The notes: generated by a model not told the origin, from the sequence alone. A stretch of 63,072 nucleotides of DNA, filler included, from Choristocarpus tenellus KU-1152 (GCA_964200185.2; 11 parts of 11 records of this genome joined end to end with filler, not necessarily neighbours in it), one strand, 5' to 3'; numbered from the whole stretch's first letter, positions 12,943 to 26,736 are shown. Made by a program: numbers and translations.

Positions 12943-14270
12943 GTGGGCAGTCGATCTCGGAGTAAAACTAATAGGACGGTATCAGGTAGTGAATTGGCCG
13001 CTGCGATGACCTCAAACGAGATGGTGGAGAGCGAGGACAGGATCTTGGTTCTTGGAAATCGGTTGATGCGACAGGGGGTGAGTTGCGTCTGCCATCTCTC
13101 AACAAACGGAGTCTAAGCGGAGTGTGAGGGGGACCGGTTACTTATTCGATTATTTTAATATGGCCGAGATAGAGTACTCCTGACCTATAGTAAAAACTTC
13201 AATGACAGGTCGTAGGGGTGCAAAGGATGGCTCAGTGCCTAGGTGAAGACAAAGGGTCCTTACCGCTCCACACTCCTTTTCGGCTGCCCAACCATCTCAA
13301 TCCTTCCACCGGCACATTTCTTCCTCCATCCAGGCAATACACGGAACCCATGGCCAGGCGACCTTCTCTCCCTCTGCGGACGCTCGCTACCGATTTGCTG
13401 TGGATGATTTCGCATTAATCGAAGAGCGTTATGATAAGGATTGCCTGATGAACACCACGCGCCATGGGGGTATCTTTGCAGGACTAGCTGACGTCGCACT
13501 CGTCGAACTCTGCAGTCGTATGAGGGGGCCTGGGGGAGTCACCACCGAGGTCGTTGGTGTACGGGTCAAGTCGCTGCGAGTAGGCCACCTTCACACGCCC
13601 TCATTTCAGGGAAGTGATGCGGTGGACTGGATGATTCGCTCAAGGTAGAGTAAATCCGTCCATCCTCGCATAGAACGCTTTTTATTAGCCCTGCAAAATA
13701 CCACATGGTTGACAATGGTGTGACCAGGAGAGCACCTCTGTTCTCCGCTCTTCATTTTTGTCCATTCCTTAACTCAAACTCTTGCTGGCTGAGGGTATAT
13801 GTCTGACCTGCTGTGCTTCAGAGATGACTTTCGTACCAGCTCCTAAATAAATCTATTCACTGTTTTCATGTTTTTCTCTCTTTTCTTTTCAACTCTTGTT
13901 GCCAAGTGTCTAGCAGAGTTCACATTTTTTGTTTTTCACCATATTTGCCTTAAGGAACTCATTCGTAATACCCTCCCGGCACTATTATCACGCATTCTAC
14001 AGTTGTATCAAAGACCGAGCCTCAGCCCATCGAGTCTGCAGTGCTATGGTTCACCTTGGTCTCTTCAGAAACGCACAGGGAAAGGTCAACTTCAAGGACA
14101 ACTCTACACGATTTTGTTTCGCCACAGATTTGTACGATTCTGCCCTCTTCAATGCAGCAAGGTGTGAATCTCCATTGATCCTGGAGCCAAGTAGTAAAGA
14201 TCTAGGTGATGTGTTAATGCTTGCGGTCGATTTGGTTTTTGAGCATGCATGGAGTGTATCACCAGGCACC
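12943..14270 (+). CDS. Internal exons of a protein with two DEP-like domains
   Basis: Exons 12943-13077 (VSGSELAAAM...ILVLGNRLMRQG), 13334-13644 (AIHGTHG..F...DARYRF...RMRGPGGV...SFQGSDAVDWMIRS) and 14003-~14270 (CIKDRASAHRVCSAMVHLGLF....VNFKDNSTRFCF) splice in phase with GT-AG sites. FxGSDAVDW and FxDxxxxY/FxF are DEP consensus motifs. Gene start and end are not resolved. Confidence 0.7.
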
Positions 14271-17200
14271 TGTGATTAGTGTTCTATTGTAGATGAATTA
14301 TTGTAGTGCAACGTGCAAGGATAACTGGAACTATCGACGTAAGTCCTACTCCTTTGCTGTGGTTTGTGTGACAAGTATATGTGTATCTCCTGTTTCGAAA
14401 CCAATGTACACACAGGCTGTCTTCCTCATCTTCCTGCATACCAAGAATCTTCAGAGCTGCATCGAAGGGTGATTCCCACTCATCCTCATCAAAGCCTTCC
14501 ACTTCCTACACAGCTGATTGTAGTGTTTCTACCAGCTGGAGGAAAAATCTGCTAGGAAAGGGAAGGTCAAGTCATGTAACTACCCGATGAAGCTCAATGA
14601 ACCGTATAATAATCTTTAGTGCAACACTATCTAAAGTTTTGTTAGTGCATAAAAGAGAAGATAACACAGAGGACATCGAATACCTAACTGATTCAACAAT
14701 ATCTTTTTGAGGGAAGCTGGAAGATTATGATCCTGAAGAGGGGAAGGTTGTCAATATGGCATTTCCCCTGAGGTTCAGAGAAATGTGTGCAGAGACCAGT
14801 GTAGATTTAGAATTGAGGTCACGTTGTTAAACCAGATTCTTGTTGGATTCCAATGTATCTTCCACAAGGGGGATAACATGTATCTTCCCCTGGAGATTTT
14901 GGTATTCTATATGCAGCCTGTATGTGCTGCAGTGGTGTACAGTGCCGAGCTGAGAGCAGTATTGGTGCAAAGTCTTTATTTTTGGGGGTAAAATTGAGGA
15001 CGATGCAGTAAGATAAATTGCTCTCAGTACGTGTTTGAGGAAGATATCATTCCTGTGTGCACTTGGGTCAAATGAAGATTGATTGCATCTACTCTACCTG
15101 CTTCTGTGTGTTCACCCATTGTGTTAATGCGTCATGTTTTATATGTTTTTATTGAGGTGGGGGTGTTAGTAGTGCTTCACTTTTGGTTGAGCAATTAGTC
15201 CTCTTGTATTGTCCAGTTTTTGATTGGTTGTTTGCAAATGTACAGTTAAGAGTTGTATCCATCCCTGAAGAGCATGCATTTTGCTCTTGTACTTTTCCCG
15301 GGCCAATCACCTACAGGTGCCGGTGCATTGTAAATCCCACAAGTGTATCAAATACCATCGATATATTTATATAGAGGTCTAAGGGCGCAAAGAACATCAA
15401 AATTCTCATGCAGCTCTCACATATTGTGAGCAAGTTGTAATCTTAATGCATTCAATAGTTGGTAAAACCCAAATATTTTTTGGTATTTGCTCTATGTGCA
15501 CTGCAGAACATGAACGATGTTTGTGAAACTTGAATTATGTAGATGTCTCTGTCGAGTTTTTGGAGGGAGCTAAAACATGGATATCAGCAACTGAGTGTGA
15601 TTGCTTCTCTAACCCCCTGAAAGAGGAAACTGAAAGCTGCAGGTGAGGTCCTGGTAAGTTCAACGGGATTTGTTGTGTCATATTTGGGTCTGGAAAAAAA
15701 AAGTGTGTAGCCCACGAAATGGAGGTAGTGTAGTGGGGAAAAAGGAAGCTCAGTTCCTACATCGAGAGGGATTACTTCCAATTTTTCGTTAGGAAACTTA
15801 AAGGTCCGATACGATGTGTGCAAGTGAAGCAGAGGCCACTATGAACATAAAAACGTTACTTCACAGTTAAACACTACACCATATTTACACAAGAGTTGAA
15901 GGCTCAAGGAGAATCCTTTTGTTCAGCATGTACATCAAAGTACTGCCCAATAACTTTCTCTACTGCAGGCGAAATCCCCTCTCTTGTGGGATAACATCTG
16001 GGCTACTTCCACCTTTGTGATGTGGCGACTGATAGGGACAGTCTGCCATAAAGTGTGAATTAGTCGGCGTAGCCAACCTCTTGTGATGTAGAGGTTCTGC
16101 CCGATTTGGACACACATGGTTGACAAGTGCCATGACTACTCGTAAAAACGTCCCTGTTTGAAACCATCTCTTAATGAGTGTATTAAATATATAATGCGGA
16201 CTGCTCTACATGCACAGTTCAGAGATATATGCAAATTTCAATAAAGCATAGAATGATAATCATCTAGCAGTCTTCCTGCTTGACTCAAGGACAAACGTGT
16301 GTGTTCAGTTGACTGAAAATACAAAGTTCATATGAGTGAAACTATCTTAAGAGGGTACGAATTTTTCCCTGTTTGTCCATTTGTGGGGTTTGGCTTCCCA
16401 TNNNNNNNNNNNNNNNNNNNNNNNNNNNNNNNNNNNNNNNNNNNNTTAATTAATTAANNNNNNNNNNNNNNNNNNNNNNNNNNNNNNNNNNNNNNNNNNN
16501 NCCAAAATCGCGACATGAAAAAATTGACCCCAAATGGACAGCCGCCACCCCTCCCAGATACTTCGAGCCAGGAAAAAAAAGAGTTGTTTGACCGAAACGG
16601 ACGCCCCCTCACAAACCACCCCCCCTCCCACCAGATACTTTGAGTCCCCTACAGGGAAAGAATGAGCATGGCATACACCCCAATTGCGGCAAGTAAAGGA
16701 ATAATTGGGGAATGTCAGAACTGGCATATTTCTTCGTGATTGAGACGCTCAATCTTTGGTAGATAGATTGTAGAGGGGTGAGAAAGGGTAGGACAACAGG
16801 AGAAGTGTAGAAATATTATTGAGGAGGTTCGTAAGTCGTACTAACTGTGATGTAGTCAGGGATGTGATGCAAAAAGCAATATTAAAGGAAGCTGAATGAT
16901 AATAGCCTGTGTGTCATCTTGACCCCACAGGAGGTGTCCACTCTGTAAGACCCCCTCACCACCATGATATTGGAATCAATCAATAGGGGGGGAGATATAC
17001 CAAGCAAGGTGATAGAAGCAAAGCATTTCAGATGCAGTCGGTAGTTGTCTGGAGAGTGCACTACTACGCATCTTAGTGTGTCATGAGCCAACAACAAAGG
17101 CACTACAAAGGGTGTCCGGAAGAAAGAGTACATCTCATTATAGAGACACCAGATAATAAAGACGGAACATCTGCTTCTCTGTTCCCAGTGGCAATGGGGT

Positions 17201-18640
17201 TTTGCTTGTGAAGACAGATGGCAAGACAAAGCAAAGGTGTTGTGCTCAACAATTCAAGTCAAATCTTGTTACTGTATGTTACACTGCAGCATGTATTGTT
17301 GTTGCTTGCTAATCGAATACTCTGAAGTCAATTACTCAGCATCGAGTACGCCCATTCCCATGCAGAAAGTCTCTCGTATTCTCTCTATGGGAGGTGCATA
17401 TACCTTTTTTGTGCCATGAGTGAGTGGGGAATATGATGTGTATGCAGACGAAATGATTTGATGCATACTTTGAAATGCATTTCGGTGTAGTGGGTACAAC
17501 CTGTACTACCAAAAAGTGTCTTTAGAACACCACACACAACGACACCACAAGGATGATATCAATTATAAGATGATGGAGAATTGTAGTACAATTATCTGGA
17601 ATGAAGGTCGGAACATAGGGTTGGCGTAGGGAGAAGGGCAAGTATGACAATGTCATCATACCTGATGATAGGTTGACATCACTTCTTATATCTACAAATA
17701 GTCCAAGACGGTATATGACACAGTATACCGACCTTTTGGTGAGGGAAGCAGGTCAACTTCAAGTGGAGCAGGAGGGCCTCACCAGAATTGTTGGATGAGA
17801 ACACAGACAGGTCAAACACGATGAAAGTAGGCAAAATAATGAAACGAGGACCTAAACGAGGACCTCAGTCATCACCTGCAACCTGCTCACCCCAACTATT
17901 CAACCGCTCCAACACCAGCTTGCTGAGTCCCTCTCACAGCAGTGTGGATAACCATGTTCTCTCACTACGTGACCATTATCCATCTATCTTGAAAGTCCCT
18001 CGCTGCAGGCAACTAAGGGAGATGAGTCGTACCAACGCATTACTCATGCACAACAAATATCGGGAAGTTAATGGTGGCCAAGTAGTTCTCGTTAAGGTTG
18101 GAGCGCATGATATTCCACCCACCGCATACCGGGTACTACAAGCATGAGATAACACTTCAATACCTTATTTCACGGGTCAATTCCGACCAAAAGTACGTTG
18201 GACACAAACACAAAGTCGAGTGGGCAGCGTATCCAGGCACTTCATCGAATCCTCGAGTTTCGAGCGCCTTAATCCATCTGTAAAAAAGTGCTTCTTACAA
18301 ACGACAGTAGTAGTGCAAACCAGGGCACACACAAAGTTTACGCCAGCATAACCACCCTCTCATCTTTAGCACGAGGGTCGTCGGCATAAAGTCAATCGGG
18401 AAGGCCCAATAACACAGAGGGCAGGTTGCTAATTTCTTCGCATCCAGCACTTTGCGTCCCACTCGCACATCTATCCCCCCATCACGACCTGGAGGGCTGC
18501 GAGAGCATATTACCTGTCCCTTCAATCATTGCATGGTTCCGCCTCTAGCAGAAGAGTTTGGAGACTATTGTGACCTTTAAAAAAGCATGTTGGGATACGA
18601 TTACAACGAAAACTCCTCATCATAGAATCAAACGAAGAAA

Positions 18641-18818
18641 GGGTCAAAGTATCTGGGGGGAAGGGGGGGGGGGGGTTGTGAGGAGGCGTCCGTTTCGGTC
18701 AAACAACTCTTTTTCCTGACATTTCAAATCCGACACGCGCGACCAAATCACACCAAAAAGTGAAAATCGAAAAAGGGTAAAAACGGACGCCGACACCCTC
18801 CCCCAGATACTTTGACCC
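18641..18818. mobile_element. MITE family B (variant internal sequence), 3-bp TSD AAA
   Basis: Perfect TIRs GGGTCAAAGTATCTGGGG / CCCCAGATACTTTGACCC. Partial relatives at 16571-16648 and 60521-60561. Confidence 0.9.
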
Positions 18819-19486
18819 AAAGCGAAGGAAAGTGGAGAGATCAATCAACGCTCGACAGTACAAGGCTCGTTATCGTGTGGTGGCGAAAAGGTTTGGCTGA
18901 AAAACCAAGCAATAAAATGCACACGAGATCAATTTTCGTCATAGGTAGTGGAGAAGAGACACTGAAGGCTATAAAAACTGAGCATAAACAACGATATGAA
19001 GTAACGCTTAACACGGTTCGCTGTTCAATTGCTCACAAGATTGCCGACTGCAGACCAGGAATGTCAACTTGGTTCTTCACTCATATTGAGCACTTTTTCC
19101 CATCGCTGGAGCGAGGTTGCGACACAGGAGACCCACAAAGCTGATACAACACAACCGGAGGTACATCCAACACTGCATCGAGTCCCAAGATCCGTCACAT
19201 ACTTGGAAAACTCATCCATCGAAGCTCCCATCCTTGAACACTGTTTCTCCCGAGATAGAAGGCATCTCGGCTGCAAGGCACCAACTTCCACTTCTCATCC
19301 TGGAAATTCGAACAACAAAGAGAAATGAATAGTTTGATTTGATATCCTCACTCACTCATTATAAACGTTTTCGGTACAACATAAAAAAAATATCCTTGTA
19401 CCTATTTGTTGATTCTCTTACTATGATAACAGGGGGCGTTGTTGAGGACACTTGACATGAATACCAGTGCCCAATTCTGAGGTGAA

Positions 19487-20396
19487 ATGGCCGACTTCGG
19501 GTCGACATCGACCTCTTTCGGAGCGGTGAACGCCAACGTCCGTGATGTGCTGGCACCGCTGTTTTGCAACGGGAAATCCTTTTCCGCATTAATCGACGAA
19601 CTTTGCCGCCATTTCAAGATCGAGGGAGGACTGCAGGACACTAACGTAAGCGTCTTGGAGGCCAGCAGCGAAAGTCAGTCCACGGACAGTGAGGCAGAGG
19701 TGTGCTATGCCGACAGATCCCACCCCAATTTTCTTTGTTTCCTTAGTGATGGTGAACCTTTGGTGCGCGTTTGCCTATCTGGATCAAATAATGAAGGTAT
19801 ATTTGACGTACTTCACCTTCTAAACTTTGGCCTACCTTCGGCAAAGACAATCAGTGTTTGCTTTGAACAAGTGTATATATCAAAGTTATGGTAAGGAATG
19901 TAGTCGACAGTGTTTCTCTCGTTTTCAGTGTTCCTTGTTGGTTGGGTTAGATCCGGGAGACCGAGGGGAAGTATAGCGCGAACTCCCTTGGTTTACATCG
20001 CTCCTACCAGCATGAGTCTATCGCACCGTGCCCCCTTACTCCATCTGATGTTCTTAACAATGATTTATTCTTGATTCCGTGAACGCGTAACCCGATTGAT
20101 ATCTCATCATTATTGAAGGGAAACATCAGTGACGAGGCTTCTGCCCAGCTTGTGGAGGCACGCGCTCAAGCTCAAGCCCGATCAAAGAGGCACTCCTCTG
20201 GAACGACTAACCCAGCAGTAATAGGTGGTGATTGCATACTATCTTCTCAGCTTTCTCTGGATGCACCAGTTATCGATGATGGAAAGCGTAATAGGGGGCG
20301 AGCGTCAGATATGCGAGTTGAGGGGGAGGAGGGTGGGATACACCGAGCACAATTGGAAACAACGAATGCGGGCCGTAAGGAGGCAGAGATGAGGGT
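19487..20396 (+). CDS. 5' part of a gene of unknown function (truncated at contig end)
   Basis: ATG ORF 19487-19796 ends at G|GTAT. A possible 20-nt exon at 19951-19970 restores phase to an exon starting at 20119 (GNISDEASAQLVEARAQ...) that stays open to the gap. No recognisable domain. Confidence 0.4.
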
Positions 20397-23300
20397 NNNN
20401 NNNNNNNNNNNNNNNNNNNNNNNNNNNNNNNNNNNNNNNNTTAATTAATTAANNNNNNNNNNNNNNNNNNNNNNNNNNNNNNNNNNNNNNNNNNNNCCCT
20501 TCAAAGAAGAGACGTTGGCAGAGAGCGGTGATGTACGGATGATCTATTGGCAGAATCTGCAAACAGCAGTGTGCTTGTCAATTCAAACGAGGATTTGTCT
20601 TCCAAGTACAATAGGCGATCTAGGTATTGACTACTCTAGAGCAAGGAGCAAGGTACCAACCTCACAACGATGTAAATAAATTGTTCGATTGCTTTCCTAG
20701 GTTTCCGATATGAAGCAAATTCTCATCAGGGGATGCACTACTGTGTATTACTTGGTATGTCGTCGGAGTGGAACTGTGCACGTTGAGCTAGGGGAGCTAG
20801 GCGAAGGAGGTGAGGAATGTTACTATAATTCTGTGCTATGACAAAAAGGGTCAGGATGGACAGATCCGATCTATTGGTAATTAAGGAGAGGAAGACAGCA
20901 AACGTTTCCTGCATTCCGTGAATTGATTGTTGGTTGCAGTCTCTTAAGCTGTGGGTTGTAAAGGTGTATACAGCATAGGAGTCTCTACTGCACTTATACT
21001 GTAAGAACACTACGATCATCCACTGGTCAGACCATGATCGAACTTGGTCCGTAGCGTCGATAAAAGTCCAGCAATAACCCAGGAAAAAATCTGCATAGGA
21101 AAAAATCTAACTACAACAGCAGCAGCAGGGCTGGATACTGTGTATGATGAGACTTGTAACGCACCAGATCAGCTGCGGTTGACGAGTTCTTTTCTTGTCT
21201 ATCCCTTGTTTGAGGCTGCTGGGGATTGTGAGAGGACCTACTTCTTGGATTGTGTCGTATTGTGTTGGGATTCTGTTGCAATGTATCTATATGGGATCGG
21301 CGATGACCATGAGCATATTTAGGGTCGCTGAATCCTTCAACAAATTACCTGCCTGACATACTGCCCTGTCTCGTTCCATCTTCGGATTATTTGTTGTTTG
21401 GTTTATAGATGGTTTGTTTGTGGTATTACCTCTCTCTTTTAATGTTTTATGCTCCGATTATTCTGTTGATAAAAGTCCTAAAAGTAAACAACATTGGCAG
21501 AAATAGGCACTAATCCACAAATTTCCCACTTTCTACCGTTTTCATTCTGAGGGATATTGCACTATAGATAATCCCTCGAATTATATATATTTGTTCCGGA
21601 TATGTCTATTATTTTGCGCTGAAATATTTTCCACATGCGGCAAGGATCATTTCATCCAATCTATATGAAGACATTTGATATTATTGTGGCCTATGACATT
21701 TTAGAGTTGTGTTCTTAAAAAGTCAATTCAATATTGTAAGAAGCATATTGTTTACAATCTTACTACTACTTACATATTATGTTCGACCAACTAAAATATG
21801 AGAATATTTGTTCAAACCTTCACTCACGTATCGACTTGAGGTGTTGCTCAAAAGAATATAAGTGTTCTGAAATCATAATAAGAAGGCTTCTCTGCTATTG
21901 TATCCTCTAACATCTGTGTGTGTCAGAGTAGAGACCAAATATAGGATCTGCATAGAACTTTTGATGTGAGAGTGGTAAATTACACATAGAACGTCTGTTG
22001 GAGACTACTTTTTTTTCCTTCAACCAAAATGTACCCATCATTATACAGTCAGTACAGTTAAGCCTAGCCTTCTTATAGCAGTCTCTAAGACACATCCATT
22101 CCATGTCTACAGAAATGTTATTTACAATTTGAAACGTATCGTCCTTTGCGAAATTGGGGGACCTGTGCTGTTGAAGATGTACTATGTTCGTTGAGATTAC
22201 AGAATGATCGGATGATAGTGTACAGTAGTATACCATTCCAAGTAAGAATTTTCCAATATTATTCTTCACATTATTGTTCGGACTTTATATTATTATGGTT
22301 GTAACATTTTCCAGATATGTCAGGATGTTCCTACCATCATTGACTACTCCATACATAAAAACATATTCCTCTTCTGTGTGCTTCTGTAAAATGGACGTAT
22401 TGATCATGTGGTATCCTACAAAAAGAAGGATGATCTCATCATGAAGACTGGGTGTAAGAGTATAGAGTTACTGGTCCGAAAGTGGAGGTTTTATTTCCTA
22501 GACCAGTTGTACGGATCGGAGATGAGCAACTTCCTAAAGTATTGATACTTGGGGGACTTCCGATAAAGCAAAACATAAGCAAGGTGGACAGGAGAGGAAG
22601 CGGTGAACAGAAGTCTCCGAGAGACGATTTCGAGAAGTTCGGGATTGGAATCGAGGGTTTGGAGTACCAAGGGCACTAAACAAACAGGAGCAGGAGTGGC
22701 ACAAGGAGGTTCTTCGCAGCCGAATGGCAATTCCAAGGGAGCTGTGTTGGTTACTATGTGCGCCATGCCGAGGTAAGGTGGTCCAATTCACCAACACCAC
22801 AACTGTATGTTACTATGCCTTCTGACATTTGTACATGTGTCGAGGAGAAGGTCAAACCAATATCACAAGGACCTTGTGAAATTAAGGTAAAGGTCAGTTG
22901 TGGTAAATGTGAACATTATTAGCACTATCATCGTTTGCTAAATTCAGTTGTTTTTTTAAGCTGATTTCTCTTTCATCCTCAATTCATTTTTTTTCTCTTT
23001 CCCTCCTTTTTCTTCTTGGGTATTTAGTTTTGTTTTACTGGGGTTCTGATCTTCCACTAATTTCTTTTTCTTTTACTTCCCCCCCCGTCCCTTGCTCTCT
23101 CTTTTATAAGTCCTTGTTACCTTTCTCAAACACTGTGCATTGTCTTCATTTTAAACTACCATCTCGACTACAGGTCTGGGATCCTCTCACCAATACTATT
23201 GTGGTGAATAATTGTAACAATAAGAACAATAATAATAAATATTAACAATTACTGAAGTTGAAAAATAAGACCAGAAATTGGCACCTCACAAATACGAGTG

Positions 23301-23654
23301 ACTGGGGCTATTGTTGTATTTCTGTTGGGAGGGTAAGAGAAAATCAAATGCAAATTGAAAACTAAAAGTCCTCTACTTCCAAGACTTCACGTTAATCCTC
23401 TGGTAATATGCCGGAGTCAGACAATGGTATATAGCTGGGTTGACCCTCTCTTGTTATGGAAGTAACTGTATGGAGAGAGACGGGGTGAGATATGATAAAA
23501 TTCTGTTACTGGAAAAGAGATGTGTGAACTGTGAATGTTGATTGTTTTGAACGTACCTCTCTGTTGGACTTAGGGAATGGACAGAAAGGCTTGAATATTT
23601 TATCAAAAACAACCTAAATTTCGATGTAAATTATTATGGTAACTAGTATTTAAT

Positions 23655-25395
23655 ATATTATGCCCTCTGACATTATGGAGATGTACCAAGGGAAAAAATA
23701 ATGAAAACTGTCCACATGTCTGAAAAATCTCTAAAGAAGTATCAGTTGTCACAAACGTGAAACATGTTAATCTATTTCCTATTTTACTACTATTGTTACT
23801 ATTCATAATCCCATAACAACCTTTTTTAGACCCCTCTCACATACGTACCGTCTGTAGAATTAACTGGTTCCTGTCCATCCATCCGTCTGTCCTGTCCGAT
23901 ACCATTGTTGGCTTCCTAATATTATTTGTTTAGGATATTTTATTTCTTTAGGGCTAATAACGACATAGATATAGTTTTAATTGGTTTCCCCCCTGACACA
24001 TCTGCAAAATGTGAGACGGCATAATAATAAAAATATATATATTATGCCCTCTGACATTTTGCAGACGTGTCAAGGAAAAAACAATGAAAACTATTTACCT
24101 GTTAGAATAACCCCTAAAAAGTAACAGTTGTCATAAATGTGAAAGGCAGTAATCTATTTACTAGTTTACTACAAGCTATGCTACACTAGTCCCTTCCTGT
24201 GCCTCCAACCTAGCTTAATCCTGCACCCCAGGGTGAAGGGCTAGGGAAGCCCCCCGCGGATCTAACACCCCCCTCCGTACCTATCTCCCTTGTGTCTCCT
24301 GGATAAAACGCATGACACGTCTGGATAGGGCTACTTACATTGTGACAGAAACTACCTATCGTACACGGGATTCGACAGCCCCTTTCCTGCTGTAACCCTC
24401 TGTCCCTCTCCCCCCTACCGTGCGCAGCTAACTCATCTAGAAAACTCTATTGTTCTTGCCATAAATAAAACCAGGGCCCCACAAGGTTGTTGCAACCACG
24501 GTAACAACCCCGGTCGTTTAACGGTTACAATTACGGTTACAGTTGAGGGAAATTGTTGGTCAGTTGGTCCATACAGCAACCTTACCGTTCGAAAACTAAA
24601 ACTGGACCGTTGGCAGCCGTAGAGACTTTGGAAAACCGTGCAATACCATTAGAATACCACCAACCGTGCTGTGTTGACCGTGGTTGCCACTCACCGTATT
24701 TTATATTATTATACCCTCTGACATTTTGCAGATGTGTAAGGAGGAAAACTAATGAAAACCACTAAAAAACAATAAAACGTCAGAATAACCCCTAAAAAAA
24801 TAACAGTTGTGATAAGTGTGAAAGACATTCATCAATTTACTATTTCTCTACCGGCTATGCCACACTGCTGCTTTCCTCTGCCTCCCATTTAACTTAGTCT
24901 TTCACCCCAGGGTGAGCAACTAGGGAAGCAGAAGCCATCCAAGAATCTAACAACTTCACTGTATTTTATTCTTATGCCCTCTGACTTTTTTCAGATGTGT
25001 CAGAGAAAACCAGGGAAGACTATTCACACGTCAAGAAAATCCCTAAGGACTTCGCGGTATCGTATTTTTATGGTTCTGAAGGTATTTCGGTACAGCTACC
25101 ATACTATCCAGTTCTTCGGTATCAGTGACTGTAGCGTAATCGTACTACCCTGTGACGCATTTACCGTAACCATACCGTCCATTGGTACACTTATTTTTTT
25201 TATTATGCCCTCTGGCATTTTGCAGATGTGCCAGGGGGAAAACTATCTTAAACTATTCACATGTCTGAAAAATCCCTAAAGAAATAACAGTTGTCACAAA
25301 AGTGAAAACGTTGATTTCCTACTTTACTACTACATATCTGTGTTGCACCACTGCCTTCCTGTGTCTCAAACCTATTCCTGCACCCCAAGGTGAGG
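23655..25395. repeat. Second cluster of family C repeats (about 6 copies) with other small inserts
   Basis: TTATGCCCTCTGACATTTTGCAGATGTG-type units at ~23658, 24042, 24710, 24973 and 25203, with the opposite orientation at ~23935-24030. Another copy lies at 41385-41642. Confidence 0.8.
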
Positions 25396-26736
25396 TGTGG
25401 TACACTGATCGTAAATATACCAAAATGCAAATACCTCAACCATTTATGGTTGTCTGTAGTCTACTAATAGTATCTATCCACGGTGTTAAATTTTCAATCT
25501 TCAATCTTCACCTTTTCTCCCTGATAATCTTATGCTAGTGTGTATTATAAGGTTTTGACACAGAATGAAGAATTAACCCATTAATGGTACACATGGAATT
25601 AGTTGTACTGTCTGGGGCGAATGTATAGTATTATGCCGTATCCCCCACCTCCATTTCTTACTGGGTGGAAGTAAAACAATTTCGAGACAATGTGCGGTCT
25701 GCCCACAAAACACCCCTCATGAAAGAGCTGTCTTGTACTACTATCTAGTACTACTTTCAACGAAATACTGTAAATAGAAAAACCTAGATGACACATTCAT
25801 CAACTTTGTGTACAACAATATATATAATATACTCTTTTTTTTCAGAGAGGCAAATGAAACCTATGTCTACAGGAGTCATGAGCGATGGTGGAGTACCAGT
25901 AGAAGGGATTTTTGGTTAATCGGTGATGAAAGGCCCTTGTCAGGGCGATGTAGCCTCGGAGGAGCCGAGGAACATAGAGCACAACAACAGTTTCGCTTTG
26001 TCCAAGAGTGGAGTACGGTTGGGTGCTTAATACTCCTCAAAGGGAAGGATGTGAAGGGATTGTCTGGAGCGTGGCAATATTTTATTCGTCTCTGACATCC
26101 CGGACGAAAGGAACAACACAACATATGTTGTGGAAGTAGCGGGTAAGAATAGAACTCAAACCAAGGCAGACATACCCGAAATCATTTGTCCCAGAATAGC
26201 ACTGCTGGGCTACTAGATCACCTTGCAGCGAAAACATCCGTCTGAAGAAAAACATAGCACATGAAGCCAGTCAGCAATCCACAAGTTCAAGTTTGGCGAA
26301 GGCTGTAGCGGTCATGGAGTCGGTTGTTTGAGTCAAATTTAAAATTATGGCGATCCGTTTTTGTAAAATGAGTTACGTCTTCCCGACCTTCTGATCTCTC
26401 GTACAGACTTTGGTCTTTGCATTCCTCCACTTCTGCTTTTGTTGAGTCGTATTTGTGGCTCTACCACACACTGAGCCAATCCCAATCTCCTCATCACTGT
26501 TGTTCAGGTGGCAGTGCCCACTCCACGCAAACGCTAGATAAGTCACTTGCTGCTTCCACCTTCAAGAGTCACAACAACCGGGTACTCGCATCTGGTGTTC
26601 CCCATCCCTTCGGGCACAGGATATTGCGTACTACAAGGGGTTTGAGCACTTCGCTGGCAGCTTCAATCCTTCGTGACAATTAGCTCGATTTTGAAAGAGG
26701 ATTGTGATGATTGATGCCAAGTCCAATGTCCTAGTT

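Noticed and set aside
23655-25395. Recurring ~35-bp hairpin repeat with variable spacing, superficially CRISPR-like
   Set aside because: Mixed orientations, irregular spacing of hundreds of bp, the 'spacers' are homologous to each other, there are no cas genes, and the context is eukaryotic.
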